Shown here: one piece after another, positions 44,286-57,000 of the stretch
How the letters are laid out: every line of letters starts with the position of its first letter
How positions within the stretch are numbered: the stretch's first letter is position 1
Source of the DNA: Vicugna vicugna
Taxonomy: Eukaryota
Assembly: GCA_013265495.1 (NCBI GenBank)
Contig: MU062841.1
Coordinates: forward strand, 16,512,568 to 16,576,336
Length of the DNA: 63,769 bases
Reading direction: 5' to 3'
The notes under the pieces: generated by a model
What the model saw: the letters and a program-made list of their open reading frames with translations, nothing else
Database searches by the model: none
Told to the model about the DNA's origin: nothing
Made by a program: the position numbers and the translations under genes

Positions 44286-44942
44286 TCTTCGGGGCATGTT
44301 CTTTCTTCAGACACGTTCCCTTGTTCGAGGAGCCCTGGCACACAGGAGGAGGAATGAAACACTGCATATAGAACAGCCTTCAACCGTCCATTACATCGAC
44401 TTACTTTACCTGAACAGTGAAAGTATTCTGGAAAAAGCTGATGGTAAGAGGGCTACATAGCGTTAAGTCAAAGGTTTACATAAAATTTTAAAAATCATTA
44501 GGCAGGTACCAGTGTTTAAAGTACCCCTTACAGACCCATTTCAAGGAATGGGTTTTTGGTTTTAAGGAAATAAAGTCAGTTCATCCACCACCATGAAACA
44601 GACAGCATTCTATGAGGACTTGCACTGCGGGGCATCTGTGCAAACACAGGTTTCGGAAGTCCTTGTACCTCATTCATCCCCTAAGTCGGTTACATATTCC
44701 TCCTGCTACATCACACCCTGGGCAGTGGCTCAGCGAACCCTTTTCTCCTTGCCTGGAACAACAGCAAACGTGGGTGGTGCCGTGTGCAGGTGCCCCCCTT
44801 CCGAACAAGCCAAGCAGACAAGTACTATCTCACAGTTCTACCATCAAGGTTTAAAAAAAGAGATTAATTACATGCAAGTGCTCCTGTATAAGCCTTCTTC
44901 CGATGTTCAACCAAAAATATGCAGTCCATTACATTCTCGGAA

Positions 44943-45457
44943 TGAGATGGGAAGCCCCATGGAAAAGACAGACAGGACCCCCAGGCAGGGCCACTACCCT
45001 CCTGCCAGCAGCATCCGGTTCCCTGGCCCAGCGCCTTTATCTCGCTTTTTAAACCCTGAAACGGCTTACTTCTAGGAAAGCGGAACTTACCCCTAAGATT
45101 CTATTGGTTCCCTGAGCTAACTCCTGATTGGTCCATTTCCCTCACTCCTGATTGGTCCATTTCCCTCACTCCTGATTGGTCCATTTCTACAAAGCTTCTT
45201 CTTAATTAGTCACCTTTGTTATACCTTATTTGCATATGATATTGCAAAATGTTACAAAGTCTAGACTGGCAGCCTATAAAAGGCTGTGTAAACCTACAGA
45301 CGGGGCCCAGAGCTTGGAGTGTTAACTCCTGTGGGCCTGCTGGGGTAATAAACCTGAGTTCTCCAACCCGTGTAGTGCTGCTAGGTCTCTCGCCCGGATC
45401 CAGGTTGCTGTTACAACTGAGCTGTAACACTGAGCTGTAACACACTTTGCTGCAACA
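44943..45457 (+). mobile_element. Solo ERV1-class LTR
   Basis: TG...CA termini with a near 4-bp TSD (GGAA 44939-44942 / GGAC 45458-45461). U3 tandem repeats with ATTGG boxes, TATAAAA 45275-45281, AATAAA 45347-45352, and a U5 with repeated CTGAGCTGTAACA. Confidence 0.8.
45121..45186 (+). repeat. 24-bp tandem repeat (about 2.75 copies) inside the LTR U3
   Basis: CTCCTGATTGGTCCATTTCCCTCA at 45121 and 45145, partial copy at 45169. Confidence 0.95.
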
Positions 45458-45764
45458 GGACGAAGAGCAGCTTTGGAAGAAAATGGTTAACGCAGAGGTC
45501 ATAAGATGTCCATTTTCTGACCTGTACTCTGGGCATTGGTTTGTGTTTGGAAATTCTGCCTTGAAAGAGTGACCTTTTCCAGGAAGGAAGCACTGACTCC
45601 AGAGTCTGCCTCTCTGGGTTCAGAGGCTGGCTGTCTCTCATTTGCTGTGTGGCCTTGAGCCAGTTGCTTAACCTCTCTGTGCCTCATTTCCCTCATTTGT
45701 AAAATAAGGAAAATGGGCCAGTCATTTGATCAGGATGGCTTCAGGGGCACGGATGGATCTAGGG

Positions 45765-45937
45765 CAGCGACTGGCCAACTTTTTCTGTAAAAGGCCAAAT
45801 AGCAAATGTTTTCAGCCTCGGGAGCCCTTGAAGCAAAAAAGCAGCCCTGGGCGGCATGCACACAAACAGGTGTAACTGCTCCAAGAAAACCTTACAAAAA
45901 TGGGTGGTCATTGGCCTGGTAGACTGCCAGCTCCTGG
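45765..45937 (+). mobile_element. MER58-like hAT MITE
   Basis: GGCCAACTTTTTCTGTAAAAGGCCAAATAGCAAATGTTTTCAGCC..AAAAGCAGCC. Confidence 0.75.
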
Positions 45938-47100
45938 TCTAGAGAACATGCCAGAACAAGGGAGCAGCCGTGAGAAGACAGAGCCCGGCCAGCAGAGGAG
46001 GGTTAGTGGGACAAGCTCTGAGCACATGGAAGATGACTAAGGGGGCAGAAAGACCTGGCGGGCTGCCCTCCGCCACACTGGTGGCCTGAGCGCTGCTCAT
46101 CTTCCCTCCTAGAATGCCTCCCCTTCCCCCAGCCAACTCCTGAGTGTCCCTCCCCGTCCGCCCACACCCTTGATGAGGGCAGGTACCAAGGTGGCCTGCC
46201 TGGAGGTGGAGTGCGTGGTAGCAATGCCACAGTCCCAGAGCCTGGAAGAGGCTCGGTCCTACTCCCACCTCTGCTGTGAACTTGCTGCGGGGCCTTATGT
46301 CCAGGATGGAGAGGTGACTGTAGCCCCAGGGCCTCCTTTCCGAGCCAGAGCTGGCCTTGTGGGGCACCAAGTGATGAGGCTGGGGACAGGGGATCTGTGC
46401 CACTTCTGTGCTGAGCCCCTGTCCCTTCCTCTGTCCTGCTGGCCTCCTCAGCCTCTTCCCCAGAGCCAAGGCCTGCCACCCGCTCACCCCTTAGGCCCCC
46501 ACTGCATCTGCAAGCTTTTTCCTGTCTGTGCGCCATACTCGCCCATAGCCAGAGGGCCTTTGAAGTCACCTAGCTAACCCTCTTGTTTTTCAGATGAGGA
46601 AACTGTGGCCCAGAGACAGGACAGGCTTTCCTCCATGTCTCACAGGCAGCTGTCCTGACTTACAGCCGGTGCCCACCAGTGTCTCCACCTCTGAGGAAGC
46701 CCCACCCCTAATCTCTCAGGAATGCAAATACTGGCCCAAACCATATAATTCCTGGTGAAAACTAGAAAAAAATATCATTTTCTTCAGCCAAACAGAGCCC
46801 TGGATCAGCACCCATGCCATGGCAAGCGGACTGTAGGAATTCAGCCCCTATTTGGCCTCACAGCTGGGTACCTTGTGCAGTGAGCAACCTGCACAGCCTT
46901 CCATGGAGGTCCTGGGCCCAGGCCTAGTAGCAGGGATTGGTGTTAACCTTGGCAAACCCCAGATCACAGATTCATGGGGAGATGTCAGGGACTGCTCAGC
47001 TCACAGGTCATCACTGCCAGGTGGGAGTGCATGCCCAGTGTCATACTGGAAATCTGGATTTGGGAAATCTAGTTTGTTGGGAAGGGGTTCCTTTAAATGC

Positions 47101-47128
47101 ATATATAGATATAGATATAGATATAGAT
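47101..47128 (+). repeat. (TATAGA)n microsatellite
   Basis: ATATATAGATATAGATATAGATATAGAT. Confidence 0.9.
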
Positions 47129-48374
47129 GTAAATGCAGAGGGATTCTGTGCAGACCACACAGACAAGTCTGTGGGCTGACAGATTTTTGACTAGTCCACA
47201 CCCCTCAGAAAACAGATGTGCGATGCGGAGAAGTGACTTGTCCACGCTGACACCTCGAGCCAGTGACAGGCTGCCTCCCAGCCCTCCCTGAAGCCTGTGA
47301 CCCACACTGCGCCTGCATCTCACAAGTCAGCCTGAACTGCACACACACCTCCCGGCCTGGCCCCGTCCCCAGCTGGTATTTTTACCAAATGTCACAGCAG
47401 TTTGCAGGAGGGCCCAGGCTCTGGCGTGAGCCAGTGAATTGTGACCGCTTGCCAGAGAGCTGTAAACGGGATTCTGATGAATGAATTCCTCAATGGCCGG
47501 GCCCCGTGTGCAGACGTTGTCTGAGTGTCACCCCCGGCAGACGCACGAGGAGGCGTTGGCCGGGCGGCGGGAAGATTTGTGTCATGTCTTTGCCTCGGAA
47601 AGAGAGCTCTAAGCCTGCTGGCCCCGAACGCAGACATGACCGTGCCTCCCTCGCTCCTAACTGCGGGCCTGCCCCGTCTGAGTTCACGCCAGCTGACGTG
47701 CGCCTGAGACCAGGGCGAGGATGATGGATCCTCGAGTGAAAATAGAATTGGCTGGCCTCCGTGGTGATCTCAAGAAACTTGCAGATGCCCTCATCTGAAT
47801 CCAAACAAAGAGCCGAGAAGCTTTCCCTCTGACACTGCCTGCCTTGCGTCTGGCAGGACCCCTGAGGCCTGAGCAGGAAGCTCTGGGTCGGGTCCTCTTG
47901 TGGTTGGTGATTGGAAACTCAGGCAGCAGGAGCCGGACACGAACTTGTCCAGACTTCCAAGGATCTCGGAAAAAGGGAAACATGGGAGAGTCACCGACAA
48001 GGGAATGGTCCTGCTGTGTGACCTTGGGCAGTCCCCTGACCACTCTGGACCTTGTGTCCTCCTCTGTGAAATTCTATTCTTTTGACCCGGAGCACAGGAG
48101 CCCCTCCGCTCCCATGCCGGGGCCAGTGAGGTCAAAGCTAAGGCCGCAGAAGGGTGCCAGGTAATCGCACGGGTGGCCGCTCCCCCTCCCACGCCCGGGG
48201 CCAGCGTCCCTGGTGGATCCTGGCTCTCCCAGCCGCCCAGCGGCGGCTAGCCTCCCAGGTTTTCTCAGCGCAGGACTCAAGGCGGCCGCCACAGTCAGTC
48301 CCAGCCAGCAAGTGTGAGAAGAGGGTTTGCCGCCCCCAAACTGGGATATCTGCCTTCTGTGCTCTAGTCTAAGA

Positions 48375-48740
48375 GAGACAGCTTGTGTGATGGGAGGAGC
48401 TCTGGACTGGGAGCCAGGAGTCTTGGCGCTGCCATCAGCTCCCTAGGGCAGGACACCGGGCGTCTCAGGGTTTCCTCCAAGTCTTTTTCTGCTCTGAAGC
48501 CGCGGCCAGTAAAAGCAGGGCCTCAGCAACGGCTCGGCACGTGTCAGGCACTCCGCAGGCACGTTAGGGCATTCTCTCACAGAGTCATCGTAGTGCCTGA
48601 TAAGGTATTGTGGCCTGTTTCTCCCCCTGTGAAATGGGGGTGATGATAACAGCATAGCTACCTTATTGCACTGTGTGATGATTAAATGAGCTACTAGAAA
48701 TATGTGGAAAGTGCCTAGAATGGTGTCTGGCACAGTGTTT
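48375..48740 (+). mobile_element. MIR fragments
   Basis: CTCTGGACTGGGAGCCAGGAG and GATTAAATGAG..AAAGTGCCTAGAATGGTGTCTGGCACAG. Confidence 0.7.
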
Positions 48741-49479
48741 ACGTCCGTTCGCCCTGAAGAAAGGGAATTCCCAGGCTCACGGGCAGTCAGGGCTCCTGAG
48801 GGCTGTGGCAGGAATCCTGCCCACCTGCTGCCTCTGGCATCCTCAGTCCCTCAGAGAGACACTGAGCCAGAGCCCCAGAGGGACATCGGGTGGATGCCCC
48901 CTCTCGGCCTGCACGCCAGGCACACTGACATGGCGGCCCTGGAAGCAGACGCTGTTGGTCCACCCCCCCAGATGAGGAAACCAAGGCCCAGAGAGAGGAC
49001 GAGCCCTCAGCCAGTCTCCTGACTCCTCCGGGCTTATCCCTTAGGCCCCCTGGCCTCTCGGTCCTGGTGCTGATGCAACAATGGGCATCCTCCGGGGAGC
49101 CGTTCCCCAGGCTCCAGAGGGAGGCAGGGGCAGACTCTCTGGGACTCGGTGATTCAGCTGTCTTTGGGATGAGGTGGGGGTGACTGGGGCAGAGCCAGGC
49201 CCTCTCTGAGGACTCCTGTGGCCGGAAACGCACAGGAAGGAGAGTGGGCCAGATTCCAGCAAGACAGCGGAGCCCCAAGGCTCGTCTTGTGAGAGAGGCG
49301 TGCTTCTGCCATCTCTTCCTTTCTCTCGCCTCCATCTTTCTCTGTCCTTGGTCCTTTGTTCCTGGTTGGCCAGCATCCCCTCTTCTTCTTTCTCCACGAG
49401 GATAACCTTCCCTCTTCCCTTTTCCAGTGCGCTGAGCACCAGGCAGAGGGGAAACAAAACTTGAGATTTGCTGAACGCC

Positions 49480-49665
49480 CCACGTGCGCCTGGTACAATA
49501 TAAACACCCCCCTTTTAACTGATACAGCAGTCCCACAAGGGATGCGTGATGACCTCACCGCCACAAACGAGGGAACGGGGCCCCTGGGACGAAGTGACTT
49601 GGCTCGGAGGACACCTTTAGCAGATGTCAGAGCTGGGATTTGAACCCAGGCCTCTGCCCCCAGAG
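49480..49665 (-). mobile_element. MIR
   Basis: GAAGTGACTTGGCTC..GTCAGAGCTGGGATTTGAACCCAGGCCTCTG. Confidence 0.7.
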
Positions 49666-51059
49666 CCACGCCATTTCCACCACACCACCGGGCGTTCCCC
49701 AGGGGAGGCTGGGAGCCCAGCATGGAAACTCCAGTGTGGAAACAGCGAGTGGAAACTGCATTAATGAAGGAGAGAGTGAGCGCGCCGGGCCCCTGAGGCT
49801 GGTTCCTCATCAGCCGGAGCCCCAGGAGGAGCTGGGGAGAGATGTTCCCAGCATCCCCGGCAGCTAATTGCCAGCGTCACTTTTTCCTTTCCCTCCCTGG
49901 ATGTTTCCGGCGCCCTCACCAAGTGCTCCAAACTCAGCCTGTGGGGCAGGGCTGCAGCTCAGAGCCGGCAGGGCTGGTGGGGGAGGCGGGGGTGCAGAGA
50001 ACGAGCCTGCAGGGCCCTCCACAGCCCGCTGGCCACTCCGAGGGCGGCTCCGCGGGCCCCGGGTGTGGCTGGGTCCGTGGTCCTCAGCAGGGATTGTTGG
50101 ACTGATGCGCTGAGCACCGCAGGGCTGGTCCCCATGCTCTCGTGTGCACGTCTGTCTCACATCCTTCTCGCATCCGCATGGTAATCATCGCCAGTAATTC
50201 TCACAGTGTGCGCTTACTGTGTTGAACACCTTCCGTGTGTGGTCTCGCTTTCTGTTCACTCTCAGGGGTCCCCCGCCGTCCCTGTGTTGTCCCAACCCCA
50301 CAGAGCCTCGGATGCCCAGAGGCGCTCAGTGACCTCTCCCAGTTAGCAGGCGGCGGTGCCCGGGTCCCTCTGACCCGCAGCCAGCACTCTTCAGCAGCGT
50401 GCTCCTGGCGACGTAGAGAAGACCAAGGCTCAGAGGACGAGTGTGAGAGCGGAGCTGGCCGGGCTGCCCTGCACCCGCCTGGACCCCACTGGGGCTGGTT
50501 CCCCTCCAGGCCCTGCCCCTCCCTCTAGCTGCTCCTCCCCAACTCCGGCCTGCCCTTCCCAAAGGCTCCCGACACACCGGCCCATCCAGCTGCCCCCACT
50601 TCCTGGCCACCCACTGCCCGTCTGAGGGGTGCTGGTTAGAGTCCAGTTACATCTTGACCACTGAGCACTGTCGCTGAGACTCACGGGTCAAGCCTGCAGC
50701 CGAAGACCTTCCAGCCGGCTCAGTCTCTCTCACCCCCTTCTCTCTCACTTCCTCCTGCCCCTGCCCCCCGCCAGCCCCTTCCCCTCTTCCTCACCCAGAG
50801 AGGGGAAAGCCGCAGAGGCTCAAGGCCCAGCGCCAGTTCCCACCCCGTGGCTGGGTGACTGGGACAAGCCACTTGTCCTCAGAATGAAGCTAGCAAGCCA
50901 GGAAGGGTCTTGGGACTGGGGAAGGGAGGGGCCAGCAAACATGTGGGGGTGCCCACTCTGCACCTGGGGCCCCTTAGGGATCTCTCTGCCTGGTCCCTCC
51001 CCAATGGGCCTGAGGAGAGAGGGGGGTAGGGAGGGGTTCACCTGGAGGCGGGGACCTAG

Positions 51060-51180
51060 ACTAGGTCCACTTTTCAAATGAAGGAAATGAGGTACAGAGA
51101 GGTGAAGTCACTTGCCTAAATGCCCCAAGGCTAGTAAGAATTTGGGTGTGAATTTGAACCAGCTCTGTCCAAGCACAAAA
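51060..51180 (-). mobile_element. MIR
   Basis: TTTTCAAATGAAGGAAATGAGGTACAGAGAGGTGAAGTCACTTGCC. Confidence 0.72.
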
Positions 51181-51340
51181 CCTGTGTGTTCATCTACTCA
51201 TTCAGCATGTGTCCCCCCGAGCTCCTACTGTGTGTCAGGCCTACTGTCTCCTACTGTGTGTCGGGCCCTGAGCAAGACAATCGAAGGCACAGCCCTCCTC
51301 TCCCAAGTGACTGGGCGGCTGTCAAGGGCCAGAGGGGACG
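51180..51340 (-). mobile_element. L2 3' end
   Basis: CTACTCATTCAGCA..GAGCTCCTACTGTGTGTCAGGC. Confidence 0.55.
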
Positions 51341-53613
51341 ACGGATGGCAAAGCGCTTGTCAGTGGCAGCCTCTTCTCCCCGACAGAGCACCTGTGCTCA
51401 GCCGGACAGAGAGGCCCGGGTGGACAGAGAGGCCAGAGGTTGCTAGCAGGCCCCCGTGGACCACTCGGCCGCTCGGGAGCCTTCTCCTTCGATCCTCCCT
51501 GACACTCAGGTGTGATTAAAATTCAGTTAGCAGAGGACCCTTGGACTTGGTCCAGACTGCACCTCAACCTGCGCTCTCAGTGCGCAGAGGCTCGCTGCTC
51601 TGAGAAACACCCCCGCCTCCCCCAGGCCTCTTGTCCTGCTGGTCCTGCTGTGCAGAAGCCCTGTGCAGAGACAGAGCCACGAGCAGAACCCGGCCAGGGC
51701 AGGGCCAGTGCCAGGAGGAAGCCCTGAGCTTGTGCCAAGGCTGGGAGCAGGGTGGGAGGTTATTTTTAGAGGCAGCCTGATGGGGTAGCCGTCTGTCCCA
51801 TGCACGATGGCATGGAGGTGCCCCTGGAGAAGGAGAGACGCTTTGCCATCCACCACTCAGCCTCTGCCGGCTTCCTCCGAGCCTGGGCAAGCCCTCCTCC
51901 TCCAGGGAGGCTTCCCTGGTTCCTGCAATCTGCCAGTGGCCCTTTTTTCTCAATTTTGCAGACAGGGAAGCAGGAGCGGGCAAGGAAGGGACTCCTGCAT
52001 GTGGAACGGCCTCTCTGTGCCTGTGCCCCCCCTTGTTTACCCCTCCCAGGCCTCCTGAGAGGGGGGCTTTACCCATCCTCATTTTACAGAGGGGAAAACT
52101 GGCATGCAGAGAGGGTCCGTAACCTCCCGGGGCCGCACAGCCTGTGAAGGGCAAGACCAGGATTTAAGCCCAGGGCTGCGCGAGGCCAAACCCGCCCTCT
52201 CCCCGCGCCACGGCGGCTCTTGGAAACGTGTTGTCCTCGCCGTTTCTGGACCGGCCTCCGGCCACACCTCCGCCTTCATTCCCCCCTGTGACCTTCGGGC
52301 CCGACCTGCCGCTGAGCCTTGGAGGCCTCAGCGTGTCGGCCGGGGCAGACGGCCATCACGGAGTCTTTGAGCACTTGCTGAGCGTCTGCTGTGTGCCAGG
52401 CGTGGGGCGCCGTGGTCCCCTTCAGGACGGCTCGCGGGGCCTGAACCCACTCAGACCGCTGTGCTCTGGCCTCGCTGCTGCCCTCCTACTTACCCCTCAG
52501 GGTGCCCCGAGGCTGCCCTGCTGCCGTCTCCGTTTTGCAGGTGAGGAAAATGAAGGCCGTAGAGATGACCTCCCATCGCCCAGGGCTTTGCCGTCCCGAG
52601 GTCTAGGGGCCCTGAAACATGTGCATTAGCTGATTAAACGCTTCCTGCTTCGTTCCTATCAAGGGACGCCCAGCTGCCTGGCGTGCGGAGGGCCTGAGGG
52701 TCTTAGGGACCCCCTCTGGTTCAGTCCCCTCATTTTATGTTGACCTTGAAGCAGGTAACAGTCATTGAAATCTTTCCCTCTTGCCGATGGGGACAGTAAA
52801 GCCCAGAGAGGGACAGACCTTTCTGCATATTGCACAGCGGCAGAGACAGGACTGAGCCTACTTCCACCCACACCCCATCTGCCCTCAGCTTCAGACAGAG
52901 GCCCTGGGCCCTGCACCCAGCATCCGGGACACAGTCAGAAGGTGCCCTTGCACTGGATCTCACAGGAAGCCAGAGACTTTGGGCAGGGTTCCAGCCCAGG
53001 GGGAGGGTAAGATGCTCCAGTGTCAGGAAGGGACACACGTTTGGGAATGCATGGACCTCAAGCATTTCATCAGGAACCAAGTTCGGCTGAAGGCCCTGCT
53101 GGGGCCAGGGTAGGGGGCCTGGCGAAGAGAAGAGCTGGGATGGGCATCTGGGAGCCAGGCTGTGTCCCTCTGAGTCCCTGTAGCGCCTCGGTGGCCAGGA
53201 CTGGGGTCCTTGACCTCTCTGGGCCACCTTACGAATGCAGAGTGGGGCAGGATGATCCAGGGGACTCTCGGGTTTCTACTTAGCTCTGTAAAGTGGTAGA
53301 TCAGGCCTGCCATCCTGCCAGAGGGACAAGTGGACACCAGTGACAAGGCCAGAAGAAAATGGCCATGAGGTCTGTAGCATCCAGAGGTTGGAGGGAGCAG
53401 TTGAGGGGGCTCTGGGCTCAGGCAGGGAGCAGGGGTGAGACTGAGAGGCTGTTTCAGCCAGGAAGGCTGCCCAAAGGAAAAGTGCCCCCCTGACTCCCCC
53501 CGGGAGGCTGCTGGTGGAGGACAGCTGGAGCCCTGCGGGTTTCGAGGCAAAGGGCCCTTCACCCGCCTGCAAAGGCGGCTGCAGTGGGAGGGAAGTGGCG
53601 GTGGGAGGGCGGG

Positions 53614-54030
53614 TGTGTGAGCGTCCTGTGGCCACTGTAACCAGTTACCACAGCCTGGGGGCCTAGAGCAAAGAAACACTCCTCCTCACAGTTCTGGGGG
53701 CCTGAGTTCCAAATCCGGTTGCCAGCCGCCCCACACTCCCTCTGGGGACTCTAGGAGAGCGTCTGTCCCTTGACTCTTCCGGCTACTGGTGCCAAGTGCC
53801 CCTTGACTTGCGGCCCCATCGCTCCAGGCCCTGCATTCACGTGGCTTCTCTCTGTCAAATCTCCCAGGTGTGTCTCTTGTAAGGACGTGCTGGTCGCAAG
53901 ACTCCGGGCCCTGGGACGGTCTGGGAGGACCGCTTCACCTTCATGTAGCAACAGCTGCAAAGGCCCTTCTTCCACATGAGGAAACGTTCTGGGCTCCGGG
54001 ACTTAGGACGGGAACCTGTCTTCTGCGGCA
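53614..54030 (-). mobile_element. MLT1 (MaLR) LTR, MLT1A-C-like
   Basis: TTACCACAGCCTGG, CTCACAGTTCTGGGGGCC, CTCCCTCTGGGGACTCTAGGAG, TAAGGAC, CTGCAAAGGCCC. Confidence 0.8.
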
Positions 54031-57000
54031 GGGGGTGCCGGGAGGCGGGCAGCAGGGGCTTGGCCGCACACTGACTGACTCTTGGATCTGAGAGGCCTCT
54101 GGCAGCTCAGCCCGGCTGGGTGGGGAGTCCCAGGTGAGGGGCAGCCTGCTTCCCACCTCCCTGCTGCCCACCCTGAGGCAGAAGGCTGAGGGCAGAGACG
54201 CTCCCAGGAGGGAGGGAGGCCTTTCTGCACAGGTGCCTCCAGCCCTGGGGAGGCAGCAGCTGCCTGCCAGCCTGTCTTCCAGCTCAGAGACAAACGCGCC
54301 AGCTAATTCAGCTCCACCGACCGGAATGACCAAGTCTGAAGGGGACTTAGGGCAATCAAACTGCTTCCTTCGAAACCCAAAGACAGGCAGGGCGAGGAAG
54401 CAGGTGGAGCCTGGGGGTGGGATTCAGGCTCAGCGCGGGACACAGGGCGGGAGCTCCCAGTGCAGCTCACCACACCCTGGGGTGCGGCCTTCCCCCACAG
54501 CCGAGCACAGCCCCAGAGCCCAGGGCTGGCGGGCCGTCCCGGTTCAAGATGTGTTACGTCATCAGAGCCCCTGCCGAGCGCGCCCTCAGATCCGGGCTCT
54601 TGAAAACACCTCCGGGAACACACAAGGCCTCTCTCACTCCGGGTCATTGGCGGTGAGCTCTCGGCTGGTCGGCTCGCTTCCCGGGTGCGGTGGCCTGGCT
54701 CTGAAAGGGACAGCGTCGGGGAGGAAGGGCCCCTGGGGCTGTCCCAGTGGTCAGGGAGCTACAGAACGAGTAGAAACTGTACACACAGAGGGACGTACAG
54801 AGTGCGGCCGGGAGGGCGGAGGCCAGGGGACAGCGGCGTGGGCGAGAAGGCCCCTGGGTGCTTGAGGGCACCTGCAAGGGGGTTTGCGGAGGGGCATAAA
54901 CTTCAAGGGGCAAGGCTGGAGTCAGGTACTCGAGGGGCCCAGGAGCCACCCAGTCTTGTAGCTCAGAACGGACGTTACTGGGCTGGATTTTAGGAGGAGC
55001 AATTTAGGGGCCATTCATAAGACAGACTCAGGGACAAGAGAGAACAGGGCAAAGTGACCAGCTGGGAGGCTCTTGTCCAGGCCCTAGAAGGGTAACGAGA
55101 GCTTGAACGAGGGTGGGGGCTCTGAGACCAGAGAGAAAGGACGGAAGAGGGAGGGGTGGCAGGAGGAAACAGGCTCCTCGAACATCCGTTCTGTGCGGGA
55201 CACCACGCGCACCACGTCTCAGCCTCCACCCCCTTCCACCGTCTCAGCTGCTGACACCGCGGGCGACCGGCTTCCTAAGAAACAAAGAAACGTCACGTGG
55301 TCAGAGCCCTGCAGAAGGAACTTCTGTGACAGGGAGAGGAGAGGCTGCAGAACGAACACAGCGGACTGGCGCTGTCTCCTCTGCAGTGATCCCAGTAATC
55401 ACAGCGTCCTATAGCCAAACTCGCAGGCTGCGCCTGTGAGCCGACAGTGGTGAGCAGCGTGTGCCCCACGTGCGGGGCGCAGGGTCCCCTGGGATTGTGT
55501 CATCACCAACGTGGTCCAGCAACATGCATCGTGTCCCCTACTGTGTCAGCTGGGCCATCTCCACCTCGAGCTCTGGAAATGTGCACGAGGAGCGGTGTCT
55601 GTGCTCATCACCCCATTTTTCAGATGGAGAAACAGTCTTGTGGACATGGACTCACTTACCAGAGTCACAGAGCCCAGGAGGGGCTGAGCAGAGATGTGAA
55701 TCTGGTCTGCCCAAAGGGTTCTCTTTCCTCACCGCAGCCCCCAGGAAGAGGAAACGCTGTGACGATTCAGTGGCTGATACCCGCTGACAGTCCAGGAGGA
55801 AGGGCAGGTGCACACGGGGCTCCGGTGGAACTCCCGCCAGCTCCTGGAGGCCTGAGCCTCCCGAGCAGGCAGCCAAGGGAAGGCAATCCCTCTCCGGCTT
55901 GGCCAGGCTGTCTCCCGCACCCCCGGGAGCCCTGACAGAGTGCGGCTCTTTCAGAGCAGTGAAGGATGAAAATGGAAAAGGAGAGAGAGCAGGCGGGGAG
56001 GGAGGGAGCACCTTGCCCAGAAGGAAGGCAGCACCCTATTTAGGCCAGGCGGAGGGCAGCTCTGCCGGCTGTCACTGCACTACCTTTTAGCACTTTAATC
56101 AAATGCCTTACAAATGGGTTCGCCCGGCTGTCAAAAATCCAATCGGATACATTTATTGGCCTGACAACCAATTTTCTGCGATGTATCATCATGGACTGAT
56201 GGTCCATTCGCGCAGCAGGGGAGTTGGTGATAATGGAGCCGGGAGAGCCATTGTGTGCCCTCAATATTGCCTCAGGCTGTCAGGGGAAGGAAAGGAGCCT
56301 GGGCCCTCGGAGGCAGATGGACGGATGTACGGACAGGTTGTGCCTTGAACCTCGGGTGCTGCACAGTGGGGCAAGCGCTGGATGGAGGGGAGAGCAGGGA
56401 GGCTCTGGTTGGCCGTTCACAGCCTGCCTGGCCTGAGGTGCTGCCCCTGCCTAGCCTGGGGTCCTCGGGCCCTCACCAGCCACTTCTGAAGAAAGGGAGA
56501 GCAAGAGCCTGGCAGGGCCGATTTGAGGACCACGTGGACTCAAACAGCAGCGGCTCATCACCCACGCGCAGGGCGTGGAGAATGGAGCCCGCTGGACGTG
56601 GTTCCAGTCCATGCGGAGGTCCCGGGAGGGTGGGAGAGGCCAAACTAAAAGGTCGGAGGGGCCACAGACGCCCTCCCCTCTGTGCCTTCCAGCTGGCACG
56701 AAGGAGCCCTGAGCGTCTCCAGGGGACCCCCAGGGAGCTGCCAAGGAACTGAGGACCAGGCCCCGGCCCCCACTTCACATCACAGCTCCACTTAATGTCT
56801 TTTATGCCTTTTATTTTTGGACTTCTGTGTTAAGATCACCTTTGAGCAAAAGGTTGCATTCCTTTAAAAAGGAAAGTTGAAAAAGCTCTGATTTAGTCCA
56901 ATCTTCTCGTTTTACCAGCGGGGAAACTGAAGCCCAGAGCGGTGGAGGGACCTCAAGACAGCCTGGGAAGGCTGCTCAGAGGAGGTGACATGTGCACTGA

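Noticed and set aside
45121-45186. CRISPR-like direct repeats
   Set aside because: Head-to-tail tandem units with no spacers, inside a mammalian LTR.
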